Shown in pieces: positions 49,260-59,196 of a stretch of DNA of 64,000 nucleotides. The stretch's first letter is position 1; each line of letters starts with the position of its first letter. Under the pieces are notes generated by a model, which saw only the letters and a list, made by a program, of their open reading frames with translations, made no database searches and had not been told where the DNA came from. Made by a program: the position numbers and the translations under genes. Source of the DNA: a virus (Duplodnaviria; Heunggongvirae; Uroviricota; Caudoviricetes); IMG/VR virus record IMGVR_UViG_3300048574_000421. One strand, 5' to 3'.

Positions 49260-49997
49260 TTAAAGTAAAACTTGTTTTTTCTTTATTTGTTTTTCTGTTA
49301 TGACAAAAAAATTCATATTATTTTCACTAGCATATTTTCTACCTGCTTCAAATTTTAAAATATTGCTAGTTAATGCTATATGAGATTTTGGCTTAACTTC
49401 AATTAAATCTTTTGAATTATCAATATAAGTAATTAAAATATCAGGCCTATAACCTCTTTTTTTCTTATTTTCATCAAAATATTCAATACTCATTGCCTCA
49501 GATTCATAAAACTTTACTTTAGAAATTTGTTCCAAAATTTGATAAACTTGCAATTCCCATGATGATCTATAATGAATTTCTTTATTATTCTTGTTTGAAA
49601 AAAACATTCCTTGCTTGAATCTTTTAGATGTATTGACGTTTCTAAACTTCCCTAATTTATGAGCTTGCGAAGTTTTTTCACTTAATTTTTCTCTACATTC
49701 TTGTGTTATAACTTTGCCTTTTCCAATTTTACTTAGTTTTTGACGAGTTTCAAGTGAAACAGTTCTTTTTCTTGATTTTTGAGCTTCACTTATCTTTCTT
49801 TTACCTTCTTCTGAAATTTTCCAGTGTGAAGAATGTTTTTTACCTTTTCTTAATAAACTCAGCTTTGCTTTAAGTTCAGGAGAATGTTTTCCTCGTTTTT
49901 TGCCAGTAAGAGATTCACTTATCTTTAATCTAGTTTCTAAAGACATTTTTCTGCCTTTTAAACTTTGACTTATTTTCTTTTTTGTCTCTTCTAACAT
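49260..49997 (-). CDS. Homing-type endonuclease: NUMOD3 repeats + TnsA-N-like PD-(D/E)XK domain
   Basis: Several ETK/ETR.KIS repeats; YRSSWE...YESE..I.Y....YRPDILI...LIEVKP. Confidence 0.8.
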   Translation of the reverse strand: MLEETKKKISQSLKGRKMSLETRLKISESLTGKKRGKHSPELKAKLSLLRKGKKHSSHWKISEEGKRKISEAQKSRKRTVSLETRQKLSKIGKGKVITQECREKLSEKTSQAHKLGKFRNVNTSKRFKQGMFFSNKNNKEIHYRSSWELQVYQILEQISKVKFYESEAMSIEYFDENKKKRGYRPDILITYIDNSKDLIEVKPKSHIALTSNILKFEAGRKYASENNMNFFVITEKQIKKKQVLL

Positions 49998-49998
49998 A

Positions 49999-50637
49999 TT
50001 ACAATAGTTTAATTAACTGGTTACAATGTTGACAAACGACATAATTTGAAGTATAACTTGTTTTTTTGTTTTGGTCTACAAGATCATCAATAGTATAATT
50101 TTCTTCATGCTCACAGTGTTTACAAGCAACCTTCACATAAGAATTTTCTAATACAAAAGCGTTAATTTCTTTTGAAACTTTTTCTAAACTTGAAATCTTG
50201 ATACGATTTATAATAGAAGTACCAAAACGCGCAGAAAAAAAATAAATTTTATCTTCTAACGAACCATTTTTAAAAACTTCTTCAAAACTTGCTGTCATTT
50301 TAGGTTCGCTGTTTCTATACCAAACCCAACGTGCTTCATCATCTCTGAAACCACATGTCCATATATCTGATTTTTTGTTGATTTCTGTTTTTGTTTCTTC
50401 GATAGATGAAAGTTTTAATTGCTTTAAAATTTCTAAACTTGCACGAACAGGATTTGTTGGGAATGTGTCTTTTAAACGTTGTATTGTTTTGTTTTTTGAT
50501 GCATCTACAATAACAACATCTTTTTCTAAACGAAATGCTTTCAAATTTTTTTGCAAATCTAATACTTCTTTTGCTTCTCGCTCAAGTTTTTTTATGTTTA
50601 ACGAATTAAAACTGAAAAAATTTGAAATAAACTGCAT
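49999..50637 (-). CDS. Head-module protein with a C-terminal Zn ribbon
   Basis: CKHC...CQHC; lies between protease and scaffold. Confidence 0.6.
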   Translation of the reverse strand: MQFISNFFSFNSLNIKKLEREAKEVLDLQKNLKAFRLEKDVVIVDASKNKTIQRLKDTFPTNPVRASLEILKQLKLSSIEETKTEINKKSDIWTCGFRDDEARWVWYRNSEPKMTASFEEVFKNGSLEDKIYFFSARFGTSIINRIKISSLEKVSKEINAFVLENSYVKVACKHCEHEENYTIDDLVDQNKKTSYTSNYVVCQHCNQLIKLL

Positions 50638-50645
50638 AATTATCC

Positions 50646-52421
50646 TTAACTTTTTCTTTTATTGACATAAGACAGAGGCATGTAAAAATCTTCACCTGTC
50701 TCTGTAATAAATAAACCGTACTCACCGTTATCAACAGAAGCAATAAATGTTACTTTCTCACCTTTAGTTATAACTGAATTCCCTTGTTCGTCAAACCAAT
50801 ATGTTCCTTCATCGTTTTCAACTGGAATATCTTGCGAAACAACAAAAATACTTGATTTTTTTGTTTCTACTTTTTCAACGTTAAGATCATTAGGTGTTTT
50901 CCAAACAGTCTTTCCATTTTCAAGTTTAACAATTGCAAGAGGACCACGTAAAGAAACAATAACTCCCTTTTGTCCTTTTTCTTTTCCTTTATTGATTTCA
51001 ACTTTATCTTTGGGTTTTACTTTTATTTTTGATGCTGTTTTGTAGAGAGATTCTTCTGCGGAATAAAAACATCGTGGACATTCAAGAACAGATGTTTGTC
51101 CTGCATCTATTGTAGATGCTTTCACTTTCCAAAGATCAGTTTTAAATCCACATTTTATACATTCAAATTCATCAACTCTAGATATAACAGAAGTATTTGA
51201 TGTAGGTTTTATTTCAAGAATAACAATTGGTTGTTGTGGCTTGAGCTCTAAATAAGTAGTTTTTGTATCTTCTAAACCTGCTTCATCTTTAATATCATGC
51301 GGGTTGTTATATGGAATATCTGTGTAATCATGATCTGAAATAGAGAAGTCTTTATTTCCAGATTCGTTTTGTATAGGGTGCGTTGCTTGTTTTTTTCCAA
51401 ACATTTTTTCGAAAATACTTTCAAGTGAAAAACTTGATTTTTGTTGTGGCACAAATGCACAAATACTTTCTATTTCTTCTTTAGAAAGAACTTCACTTGC
51501 TTTAAATGTTTGTTTAAGTGCTTGATTTGAAGTATTGATTTCAATTGAACCATCTTCTTTAATTGAAATGTTAGCAACATCATTGTTCTTAGAAGCAGCT
51601 TTTAAGACTAAACCGTCATCTTTATACATAGCTTCAATTTTTGAATTAAGAATATTTGCAAGTAGATGATTACTTACTTCAGAAGAAGACAGGATTTTTC
51701 TAAAAACAGCACCTGCAAAAGCAGGATTTGCAACTAGTGAAACATCAAAAAAAGTATTGTTTTTACAAATTTCTGCAGAACGTCTTTTTGTTCCATCAGC
51801 AAGAGTAAAAGTACTTCCTTTATTTCCTCTTTTTAAATGGTCGCAATAAGTTGTTGGATCATTTGCTGTATTACCACAAATGCTACAAACTGTTTGTGCT
51901 GTAGTGCAACCCATAGAAACAGCATTGATAATTCCATTTTCAATGTTAGCAACAAGATCTTTATGACGTTTGTCTACAGAAAACAAAACGTCAATAAGTA
52001 GTGTATCACCCATATCTCTTGCTATAACATCAATGCATTTCCCTTTTGCATTTTCAAGACGTTGATCATGCTCAACAAACGTTGTTGCTCTCTTAAACGA
52101 TTTATAATCTTTTAAGAGATCGTTACAAGTCCAAGCATCATGGTTGTCGTTTATAAACTTTTCAGATTCAGCAGTTATATTAAACCCGTTTTCTTCAGTT
52201 TTTACGCCTGCCATAATAGTAGTATGAATATAAATAAATTTTTCGGGATCAATAGTAGCAACAACTTGAAAATCAGCTTCTTTTTCAACAGCTTCTTTTT
52301 TTGATTCTTCAGCTAATACTGGTTTGTTTGCTTTTTTGCATAGAACATCCCAATTCTTTAAATTCCCTCCCAGGATTTCTATTTTTGCTGTCTTAAGCAT
52401 CCCAGTTTTCGTAAATGACAT
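50646..52421 (-). CDS. Prohead maturation protease with C-terminal Zn-ribbon and KOW/SH3-like extensions (start MSFTKTG)
   Basis: NDNHDAW, FVEH, G.CID, AVSMGC, CSICG, FFDVSLVANPA; GGAGG RBS before 52421. Confidence 0.85.
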   Translation of the reverse strand: MSFTKTGMLKTAKIEILGGNLKNWDVLCKKANKPVLAEESKKEAVEKEADFQVVATIDPEKFIYIHTTIMAGVKTEENGFNITAESEKFINDNHDAWTCNDLLKDYKSFKRATTFVEHDQRLENAKGKCIDVIARDMGDTLLIDVLFSVDKRHKDLVANIENGIINAVSMGCTTAQTVCSICGNTANDPTTYCDHLKRGNKGSTFTLADGTKRRSAEICKNNTFFDVSLVANPAFAGAVFRKILSSSEVSNHLLANILNSKIEAMYKDDGLVLKAASKNNDVANISIKEDGSIEINTSNQALKQTFKASEVLSKEEIESICAFVPQQKSSFSLESIFEKMFGKKQATHPIQNESGNKDFSISDHDYTDIPYNNPHDIKDEAGLEDTKTTYLELKPQQPIVILEIKPTSNTSVISRVDEFECIKCGFKTDLWKVKASTIDAGQTSVLECPRCFYSAEESLYKTASKIKVKPKDKVEINKGKEKGQKGVIVSLRGPLAIVKLENGKTVWKTPNDLNVEKVETKKSSIFVVSQDIPVENDEGTYWFDEQGNSVITKGEKVTFIASVDNGEYGLFITETGEDFYMPLSYVNKRKS

Positions 52422-52476
52422 GGAACCTCCCAAGTATCCCCGAATTGATACAAAATTTTGATAAAAGTTTCAGATT

Positions 52477-52491
52477 ATAAAAACTTTAGAA
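52477..52491 (-). promoter_or_regulatory. TTCTA-N4-TTTTAT motif copy 7 (degenerate tandem copy at 52461-52475)
   Basis: + strand ATAAAAACTTTAGAA. Confidence 0.7.
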
Positions 52492-52497
52492 AAAATA

Positions 52498-52971
52498 TCA
52501 CCACTTCAATTTGACTCGCATCCAGCCATTAAGGTCGCTGGGTAATGCAGCAACAACTCCAACACAATCTCCACCACCATTGACATTTGTGACAAGGCCA
52601 TTAGCACTTGCATAAAGTTTTTGATTGTATGTATAAACAAGATTTTCATAAGCATTTTTGTTTAAATCAAACATACCATCATCAGACAGCATGACGACTT
52701 TATGACTTCCATTTACAGGATTGTTTTCATACCGATAAGGTCGAATTGGAGCTGCAAGTCCATCCATATCTTTAAAGTTATAAGGCTTTCCATCATAGTC
52801 TTCAAGTTTATAACCATTTATAAGAACACCTGCAACATCAGTAGGTGTCGCTTTTTCAACGATCATATTTCCGACAAATTTAACTATTTGTCCACCATAC
52901 CAACCAGTTCTAAGAAGTTCAGGTCCAGGGTAAACATTTATTCCCCAGTATCTAAAATGAATTTTTATCAT
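52498..52971 (-). CDS. Second capsid decoration-like protein, paralog of 47133..47627
   Basis: Shared EN.P...S.K..., Y.....LYAS..GL.T, VG.V...PS....W. Confidence 0.7.
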   Translation of the reverse strand: MIKIHFRYWGINVYPGPELLRTGWYGGQIVKFVGNMIVEKATPTDVAGVLINGYKLEDYDGKPYNFKDMDGLAAPIRPYRYENNPVNGSHKVVMLSDDGMFDLNKNAYENLVYTYNQKLYASANGLVTNVNGGGDCVGVVAALPSDLNGWMRVKLKW

Positions 52972-53693
52972 GGTTTTTGTCCTGGTCTGATAGGTCCAAT
53001 TTTTGTTGGCCTAACTGTTTGAGGTTGTTTGACTTTACTAGGTCCTATCTGAGGTGTTCTTAATTGTCTTAACAAAGGTTTTTTCTCGACAGGTTGCTTT
53101 TCAGTAGGTTGCTTTTTCTCTGGAACAACAGGTGTTTTAGGTTTTAATTTAGGTGGAGTTATTTTTTTAGGTTCAGGTTCTTTAAAACCCTCAGGTACAA
53201 TGAATTTCTTAAACAAAGGAATACTTGCAGCAACATGTTTGCAAATCAAATATCTTCTTTGTGGATCTCTTTTGTTTGGAGGTTGTCCATCAGAGTATTG
53301 TCGTTCTGAATAGTCTTTATCTAAAGCGTTAAAGTCAGCACCGTTATATTTCCAAGCATTACAATTACAAGAGACTTCAACTTCTCTACCTAGCATTCCT
53401 TGTGTTTTGCTTCCTTTTCCTGGAACTAACTTAAATCTTACATCATAAGGACCTTTACTCCAGTTTTGATTGCATCTCACACTGAAAGCCCATCTGCCAT
53501 TTTTAGGGTCATTTCTTTTTGTTGTTGATATACAACCTTTTGCATATTTTATCGAACGTTGATTTGTTCTAAAAATCAACTCTCCTGCTGTCATTGCTAT
53601 TTTTGCAAAAGGATGTTCGAACAATTCATCTACTTCAATAGTTCTTGTAGATAGAATTTCATTAGCTAATTTTTTTATAAAATCTTTATTCAT
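52968..53693 (-). CDS. SWIM-type Zn-finger protein with a Pro/Lys-rich tail
   Basis: VSCNC..W.Y...ICKHV; N-terminal KKLANEIL. Confidence 0.7.
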   Translation of the reverse strand: MNKDFIKKLANEILSTRTIEVDELFEHPFAKIAMTAGELIFRTNQRSIKYAKGCISTTKRNDPKNGRWAFSVRCNQNWSKGPYDVRFKLVPGKGSKTQGMLGREVEVSCNCNAWKYNGADFNALDKDYSERQYSDGQPPNKRDPQRRYLICKHVAASIPLFKKFIVPEGFKEPEPKKITPPKLKPKTPVVPEKKQPTEKQPVEKKPLLRQLRTPQIGPSKVKQPQTVRPTKIGPIRPGQKP

Positions 53694-54091
53694 TAGTAAT
53701 CTCTTGCGTTACCTGTTATTGTACCTAACGTTCTTGCTTCATTCCACTCAGGTATTGCACCTAACTTTTCTTCACTTGTTTTTAAAATTTCTTCATAAAG
53801 TTTTTTAGAAGGGAAAATATAAGCAGAACCTGAACGATATACATCTGAATCAATATACTTGTCATTTAAATCGAAAATAATTTCAAACTTTATTTTCCAA
53901 TGTTGATAAGGTTGTTTTGTTTTATCTTCAGAAAAACTTGTACTAATTAAGTTTAATTTTACAAGACTAGATTTAATAGAACTTACAAAACTACTTGCCT
54001 TTGTTTCGAAATCTGTCTTATCAACAAATTTTTGTTTCGAAACAGTCCTTACACTACTCAATATTTCATTTAAGACAAGTTTAACATTCAT
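53693..54091 (-). CDS. Hypothetical protein
   Basis: 132 aa; N-terminal VKLVLNEIL. Confidence 0.6.
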   Translation of the reverse strand: MNVKLVLNEILSSVRTVSKQKFVDKTDFETKASSFVSSIKSSLVKLNLISTSFSEDKTKQPYQHWKIKFEIIFDLNDKYIDSDVYRSGSAYIFPSKKLYEEILKTSEEKLGAIPEWNEARTLGTITGNARDY

Positions 54092-56351
54092 TGTTGTTCT
54101 CTAAAAAAGTATTTTTTAGTGTTTCACGTATTACATTTTTTATCTTGCTGATATCATGAGTCTCACTTAATTTCGACTCAAGTTCAAAAGTTATTTTTGA
54201 AATATTTTCTGAATAGAGTTCTTTTGCAGCACTTACTTTTTCAGAAATAGGAATATCTTCCTTGATTTTTGAAGCAAAAATCTGGGGAATATATTTTACC
54301 ATTGTTTCAATTCTTGTCTTACTACTTGATGTTCCGTTTAATGTCAATATTTCGTTTTCTAAATTAAGAGCAGCTCTTCTAGCATTTTGTGAAAACTTTA
54401 AGTCGTTAAGCATTAAATCAGACCATGCTTTTTTCGAATTCTCTTCGACAATAACTTTAGCACCTATTTGTTCAGCTTTATCTGGATCAACAAATGGAAT
54501 ATCAGGTATTTCTACTTTATTTTCTGTTTCAGCAAAAAGCTTGACTTTTTTTACATCAGTTCTTTCTGGTTTTTGTCTTTTTTGAAGAGGAACTTCTAGT
54601 TCTTCAACGTCATTTTCTCTTTCTTTATCTTTTGCGTTCTCTTGTCTTTCATAACGTCTTTGTTCTCTTGTCTCACTTGTTTTAACTATCTTTTCGTCTT
54701 TTTTTGCAAACATTTCAGTTGAAGCATCAGGTATATATTTTAAACCCAACTCTTTTGCTCTAATTTCAGCAATTGCTGGAGCAAGAGTTCTACCTGCTTC
54801 AGTAGATGCACCATTCATCATTGCAAAATAATTAATATCAAGGGGTGTACCCTCAAATTTCTTAAGACGATCTTTAACAGTTTCAGCATCAAGGCCAAAA
54901 CATTCAAGCCAAGTTTGCATATCAACTTGACCTTGTGTAACCATCTGAGCAAGCATTTGCTTATGTGCTGTATCATCAACAAAATTGAGTCTATTCCATT
55001 TTATTCTTGGATATAACCATCTAACTTTCTTATCTTTTTTAGCTGTTCCTTCTTCATACTCTGCCCAGTCGTTTCTTTTAGCCATTGGAAGAAACAAATT
55101 TTGAATTACATAACTTTCGATTCTTTCACGATAGATAGAGTATTTCTGATTCATAACTTCAAGAACTGTCTGACCATTTGCATAAGAACCTTCTCCTAAC
55201 AAAAAGCTCTTATTAATCATTAACCCTATCAACAATTCTTCGTTTATCCAGTTCCATTCTGACTCAAGTTGCATAAGACCTTGACTTGTACCTATAAGAT
55301 CCCAATGTAACTCATAGTTTGTAATAATTGCATAGTCAGGATCAGCAAAAGCATTATCGATTTGCTCTCTTATTTGGTTAAGATCAGCCATTCCTGCAGC
55401 TTCTGTCCAAATCAAGTGTTTTGGTGTCAAATGTCTTGCTGCAATAGCATCTTGTGATTGTCTTAATCTGTCTTTATAAATAAGAGTTTTAAAATTTCTT
55501 TCAATAATTCCAGTACCTACAAGATCATAATCAGCCATTTTATAAGCAACATGTGCAACATGGCTTCCATGATTAGGATCAGTGTTTAATGGAATTTTTT
55601 TCCCAGCTTGTATAAGTTCAATTACATCTTCAGGTATAGCTTTAAAAAGCGTACCTGTTTTGGGATTATCAGGACCATTATTAACAATTTTTTTCATTTG
55701 CTCGTTAGGAAGCAAATCTACACGCATAATATCAGTAAATTGTAATTTTTCAAGTTCTATATAATCAGGATCTAAAAGAGTAAGTTTTGACCATCTATTT
55801 TTTGTTTCACTCCAACGAGCAAAAGGAAAGATATTTCCTAATTTATAGTATTCAACACCCATTTGCAGAAGTTTATTAAATAAATCAATACCTTCTGTTG
55901 AACACATCTCTTCATACTCTTCTTGAATTTTTCGCGTCTTAATCTTGTCTCTGCTTGGAGGTAATGTCATTCTTATACTTGATATAGGCAGTTCAGCATG
56001 ACAATCTATAGCAGTACTTACAAGAGGATCATATTTATAAAAATATCTACACCACGCATTTATTTCTCTATAATCTCTAGGTAATAATATTGAGCTTGGT
56101 TCAAATTCAGGATGATAAAATCCTGGCATCGAATTTTTTACGCTTGCACCACCACCACAAACATTTGCTGTCTTGTTCATAGTTTTCGACATTTGATCTA
56201 CAACATGAAGCAAACGTTTGTTATATTTACGAGGCTTTCCCTGGTAAAATTCTGAATCTATAATTGTAGTGTCATTTCCAAACTTAATTGTAGCGCCATT
56301 TTTTTTCATACCGCTAGTATCAAGTTCAGAAAGTTTTTTTCTTTTTATCAT
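54081..56351 (-). CDS. Portal protein
   Basis: WCRYFY..DPLV..AID.H; EYY.LGN.FP; LDPDYI; G.GII...F..L...D.LR..Q; position between terminase and protease. Confidence 0.85.
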   Translation of the reverse strand: MIKRKKLSELDTSGMKKNGATIKFGNDTTIIDSEFYQGKPRKYNKRLLHVVDQMSKTMNKTANVCGGGASVKNSMPGFYHPEFEPSSILLPRDYREINAWCRYFYKYDPLVSTAIDCHAELPISSIRMTLPPSRDKIKTRKIQEEYEEMCSTEGIDLFNKLLQMGVEYYKLGNIFPFARWSETKNRWSKLTLLDPDYIELEKLQFTDIMRVDLLPNEQMKKIVNNGPDNPKTGTLFKAIPEDVIELIQAGKKIPLNTDPNHGSHVAHVAYKMADYDLVGTGIIERNFKTLIYKDRLRQSQDAIAARHLTPKHLIWTEAAGMADLNQIREQIDNAFADPDYAIITNYELHWDLIGTSQGLMQLESEWNWINEELLIGLMINKSFLLGEGSYANGQTVLEVMNQKYSIYRERIESYVIQNLFLPMAKRNDWAEYEEGTAKKDKKVRWLYPRIKWNRLNFVDDTAHKQMLAQMVTQGQVDMQTWLECFGLDAETVKDRLKKFEGTPLDINYFAMMNGASTEAGRTLAPAIAEIRAKELGLKYIPDASTEMFAKKDEKIVKTSETREQRRYERQENAKDKERENDVEELEVPLQKRQKPERTDVKKVKLFAETENKVEIPDIPFVDPDKAEQIGAKVIVEENSKKAWSDLMLNDLKFSQNARRAALNLENEILTLNGTSSSKTRIETMVKYIPQIFASKIKEDIPISEKVSAAKELYSENISKITFELESKLSETHDISKIKNVIRETLKNTFLENNNEC

Positions 56352-56400
56352 TTTATTACCTTTATAAAAAGTATTAATCTGATTAATTCTTTAGAAAAAA

Positions 56401-57084
56401 TTAATCTAAAATATTCCAATCAATGACAGAAGATTCATGGGGTCCATGTCTATGACGAAATCTAAATTCAGAATTTCTAATATAATCAATTATGTCTTGT
56501 TCATTTGCTCCTGTACTAGATGCTATATCTGCTGCTATCTCTTGAAAAGACATAGTTGGATGTTGCTCAAGTTTTAAATTTATTTCAGTCTGTTGTTCTC
56601 CAGTAAGTGATGTTTTCTTAAGTTGATAACGTCTAATTGCTCTCTTAATATAATTTATTTGAGTTGATGCAGACTGGTTCAAACTATCGTTTAAGTCAGC
56701 ATCATCAAGTGTTTGAAGATTATCTAGTCTCTTTTTCAATATTTCTATTTGACCTTCCATGTCATAATCAGATTGCAAATCTTCAAGTTGCTTTTTCAAA
56801 TCATCAATTTCAGTTTGCATGTTGTCGACAGCACTTGTGTCTACAGGCTCAGTACCCGTATCAACAGATTCTGTTCCTATATCACTAAGAGGATCAGACT
56901 GAGTAATGTCTTGTGCAAGATCAGGATTAGGTTGATCATCTGGATTAGCAGAATCAGCTGGCACATCAACAGGTTCGTTTGTTCCAGTAGCTTCGTCAGG
57001 AAGTGTGTCTTCAACAGGTGGTTCTAAAGGCATATCTTCAGGTGCTGCATGCATAACAAATTTATCAAGCCATGGATATTCCAT
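56401..57084 (-). CDS. Acidic hypothetical protein with a coiled coil
   Basis: 227 aa; D/P-rich N-terminus; GGAG RBS. Confidence 0.65.
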   Translation of the reverse strand: MEYPWLDKFVMHAAPEDMPLEPPVEDTLPDEATGTNEPVDVPADSANPDDQPNPDLAQDITQSDPLSDIGTESVDTGTEPVDTSAVDNMQTEIDDLKKQLEDLQSDYDMEGQIEILKKRLDNLQTLDDADLNDSLNQSASTQINYIKRAIRRYQLKKTSLTGEQQTEINLKLEQHPTMSFQEIAADIASSTGANEQDIIDYIRNSEFRFRHRHGPHESSVIDWNILD

Positions 57085-57085
57085 A

Positions 57086-57328
57086 TTATCTCTCCTTTTT
57101 TCTTTTTAGTCTTTCTAATGAACTTTTTTTGTATTCATAAAGTTTTACTTGTTTTTCCATTGCATTTAAAAGATCTAAAGCTTGCAATGAAAGTTTTTTT
57201 AAGCATAAAATATGAAAGTTTGTCGATATTTCTTCTTCTTTTTTTAAAGAACTAACATTTGAATTTAACTCTTGCGAATTTCTTTTCAATCTTTCTAATG
57301 CGTTTTTTACTTGCTCAATCTCTTTCAT
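57086..57328 (-). CDS. Small coiled-coil protein
   Basis: 80 aa, abuts the terminase stop. Confidence 0.55.
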   Translation of the reverse strand: MKEIEQVKNALERLKRNSQELNSNVSSLKKEEEISTNFHILCLKKLSLQALDLLNAMEKQVKLYEYKKSSLERLKRKKER

Positions 57329-59194
57329 TTAGCGGGACCTTAATTGTGTTACTCTTTGCAAGTTTGTCACTGTTTTATGTGTTATTAAACGTCTTTTGTA
57401 AGCTTGATGACTAGATACTCTATCACCAGTAGCTACATAAGTTTGACTACCGTTTGTTCCAATAATACTTGCAGCACTAAAACCAAGTTCATTTCCTGTT
57501 GCAATATAAGAAGCATTTGCTAGAACATCACATAAGTCGTCTGTTGTTACCTCACCTTGTGTAGGTGCTTCAATAACAAATTGTTTTTTCCCGACTTTTT
57601 TCTCTTGCAAATTCTTAAGTTCTTTAATTCCTCTTTCAAGATAAAACAAGTCTAATCTTTCATCATAAATCAAATCTCTTAAATTTTTAAAGATTTTCGT
57701 ATTATAGTGTCGACTAAATGGTGTTTTTGATGCATTCACACCCATTTTTTTAAATTTCATTACAGCTGCTGTACTGTCAAACTGGTCATAAACAATTTTT
57801 ACAACTCTAAATCTTTGACACAAACCCTCAATATATTCATGAATAATATCTTCATCTATATAAGGCAATCCTTCAAACTCAGGATCTTTTAACGACCATA
57901 CTTTCCATCTGTCTAGAACAACTATTGCTTTCTTTTCTTTTTTCTCTTTGCCATCTACAAGTCTTGTTCTTTCACGTTGTTCAACATGAACCATTGCTAG
58001 TGCGTAACCATTATGAGAAGAAGATGGATCGACAGCGATATAATGACCAGAATTATTATTGGGAGCTGTAGTTTCTGAATCTCTTTGTATGCAAGTGTCT
58101 ATCTTTTCAGGATATCTAAAAAACCCAGATACAACAGAAGAAAATTCAGCACCAAACTCAGAGTCAAAAGACTCTGGGTTTCTTTTCTTTTCAGACTCTA
58201 AAAACTCGAAAGTGATTGTTTCGTTCATTTCCCAAGTTGGGATTCTGAACATTGCTTTGTTATGATCACCTTCTTCGTTTTCTCTTCCTACAGCATCTAA
58301 ATACAGATCGTAAAAAATTCCTGCTTTAATATAAGGAGATGAAATACAAAGGATTTTGCCATCTGCACCAAAAGTAGCAATAGATGGAGTGAGCGCTTCA
58401 TAAATCTGATCACCAGATCTATTTCCTTCATTATCAATATAATGTGCTATTTCATCAAGAATACCAATAATGATGTTTCCACCACGAATACCACGAGCTG
58501 TACAAGGCATTGCTTGAATCTTTAGAGAAACATGAGGGTCTAGAGCTTTTCCGTGTATTCGCATTTCTTGAGTATAAAGTTCAAGGTCGCGTTTTGTCCT
58601 TAAACGAATCTCAGATTGATTTTTACCTTCAAGATAAGGTGTAAACCATTTTGAATTAAGAATTCTGTTTTGTGTTGCTTTTGCTAAAATAAGTGCTTGA
58701 TCTGTAGTACTAGCAATGTTGACAATACGTATTTCTTCACCTTGAGGCAATTTATAGTGTTTTTGAGGATCTACTTTTAAGATTAATTTATAAGCTTCAT
58801 ATGAAGAAATAACAGACGCAATAAAAGTTTTTCCAGAACGTCGACCACAAATAAGAACAAGTTCTATAAACTGTTTAGGTGTTAAATTTTTGATATTAGT
58901 TCTTGATTGTTGCATGAGATAGTTAAGGTAACCAACTTCAGTAAAATGTTTACCTTCTCTATCAAAAGGAAAAGATCTAATTTTTATAGATTTTTCAGTA
59001 TCATCTAAAGGAAGCCCATAATAAATTTTTAAAACAAATTTTTCTACTGAATGTAATGGTTGGTCTAGATAAAATGGGTGCTCGCAAAAAGTGATAATAT
59101 CAACTTCTTGTTCAGAATCATCAATGAGTCCCTTTGTTGCTTCAGCAAAAAGGGACTCAAACGTGAATGAAGTGTCTAATGAATCAATTGGCAT
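57329..59194 (-). CDS. terL: Terminase large subunit
   Basis: Walker A GRRSGKT, Walker B IIGILDE, coupling motif ISSP, nuclease YIAVDP and DDLCD. Confidence 0.95.
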   Translation of the reverse strand: MPIDSLDTSFTFESLFAEATKGLIDDSEQEVDIITFCEHPFYLDQPLHSVEKFVLKIYYGLPLDDTEKSIKIRSFPFDREGKHFTEVGYLNYLMQQSRTNIKNLTPKQFIELVLICGRRSGKTFIASVISSYEAYKLILKVDPQKHYKLPQGEEIRIVNIASTTDQALILAKATQNRILNSKWFTPYLEGKNQSEIRLRTKRDLELYTQEMRIHGKALDPHVSLKIQAMPCTARGIRGGNIIIGILDEIAHYIDNEGNRSGDQIYEALTPSIATFGADGKILCISSPYIKAGIFYDLYLDAVGRENEEGDHNKAMFRIPTWEMNETITFEFLESEKKRNPESFDSEFGAEFSSVVSGFFRYPEKIDTCIQRDSETTAPNNNSGHYIAVDPSSSHNGYALAMVHVEQRERTRLVDGKEKKEKKAIVVLDRWKVWSLKDPEFEGLPYIDEDIIHEYIEGLCQRFRVVKIVYDQFDSTAAVMKFKKMGVNASKTPFSRHYNTKIFKNLRDLIYDERLDLFYLERGIKELKNLQEKKVGKKQFVIEAPTQGEVTTDDLCDVLANASYIATGNELGFSAASIIGTNGSQTYVATGDRVSSHQAYKRRLITHKTVTNLQRVTQLRSR

Positions 59195-59196
59195 AA

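Noticed and set aside
56364-56378. Ninth promoter-motif copy upstream of the portal (ATAAAAAGTATTAAT)
   Set aside because: Only the ATAAAA half matches and the TAGAA half has three mismatches, so it was not counted
57329-59194. Intein in the terminase (also checked portal and protease)
   Set aside because: Normal lengths and no C...HN-(C/S/T) intein boundaries or LAGLIDADG blocks seen
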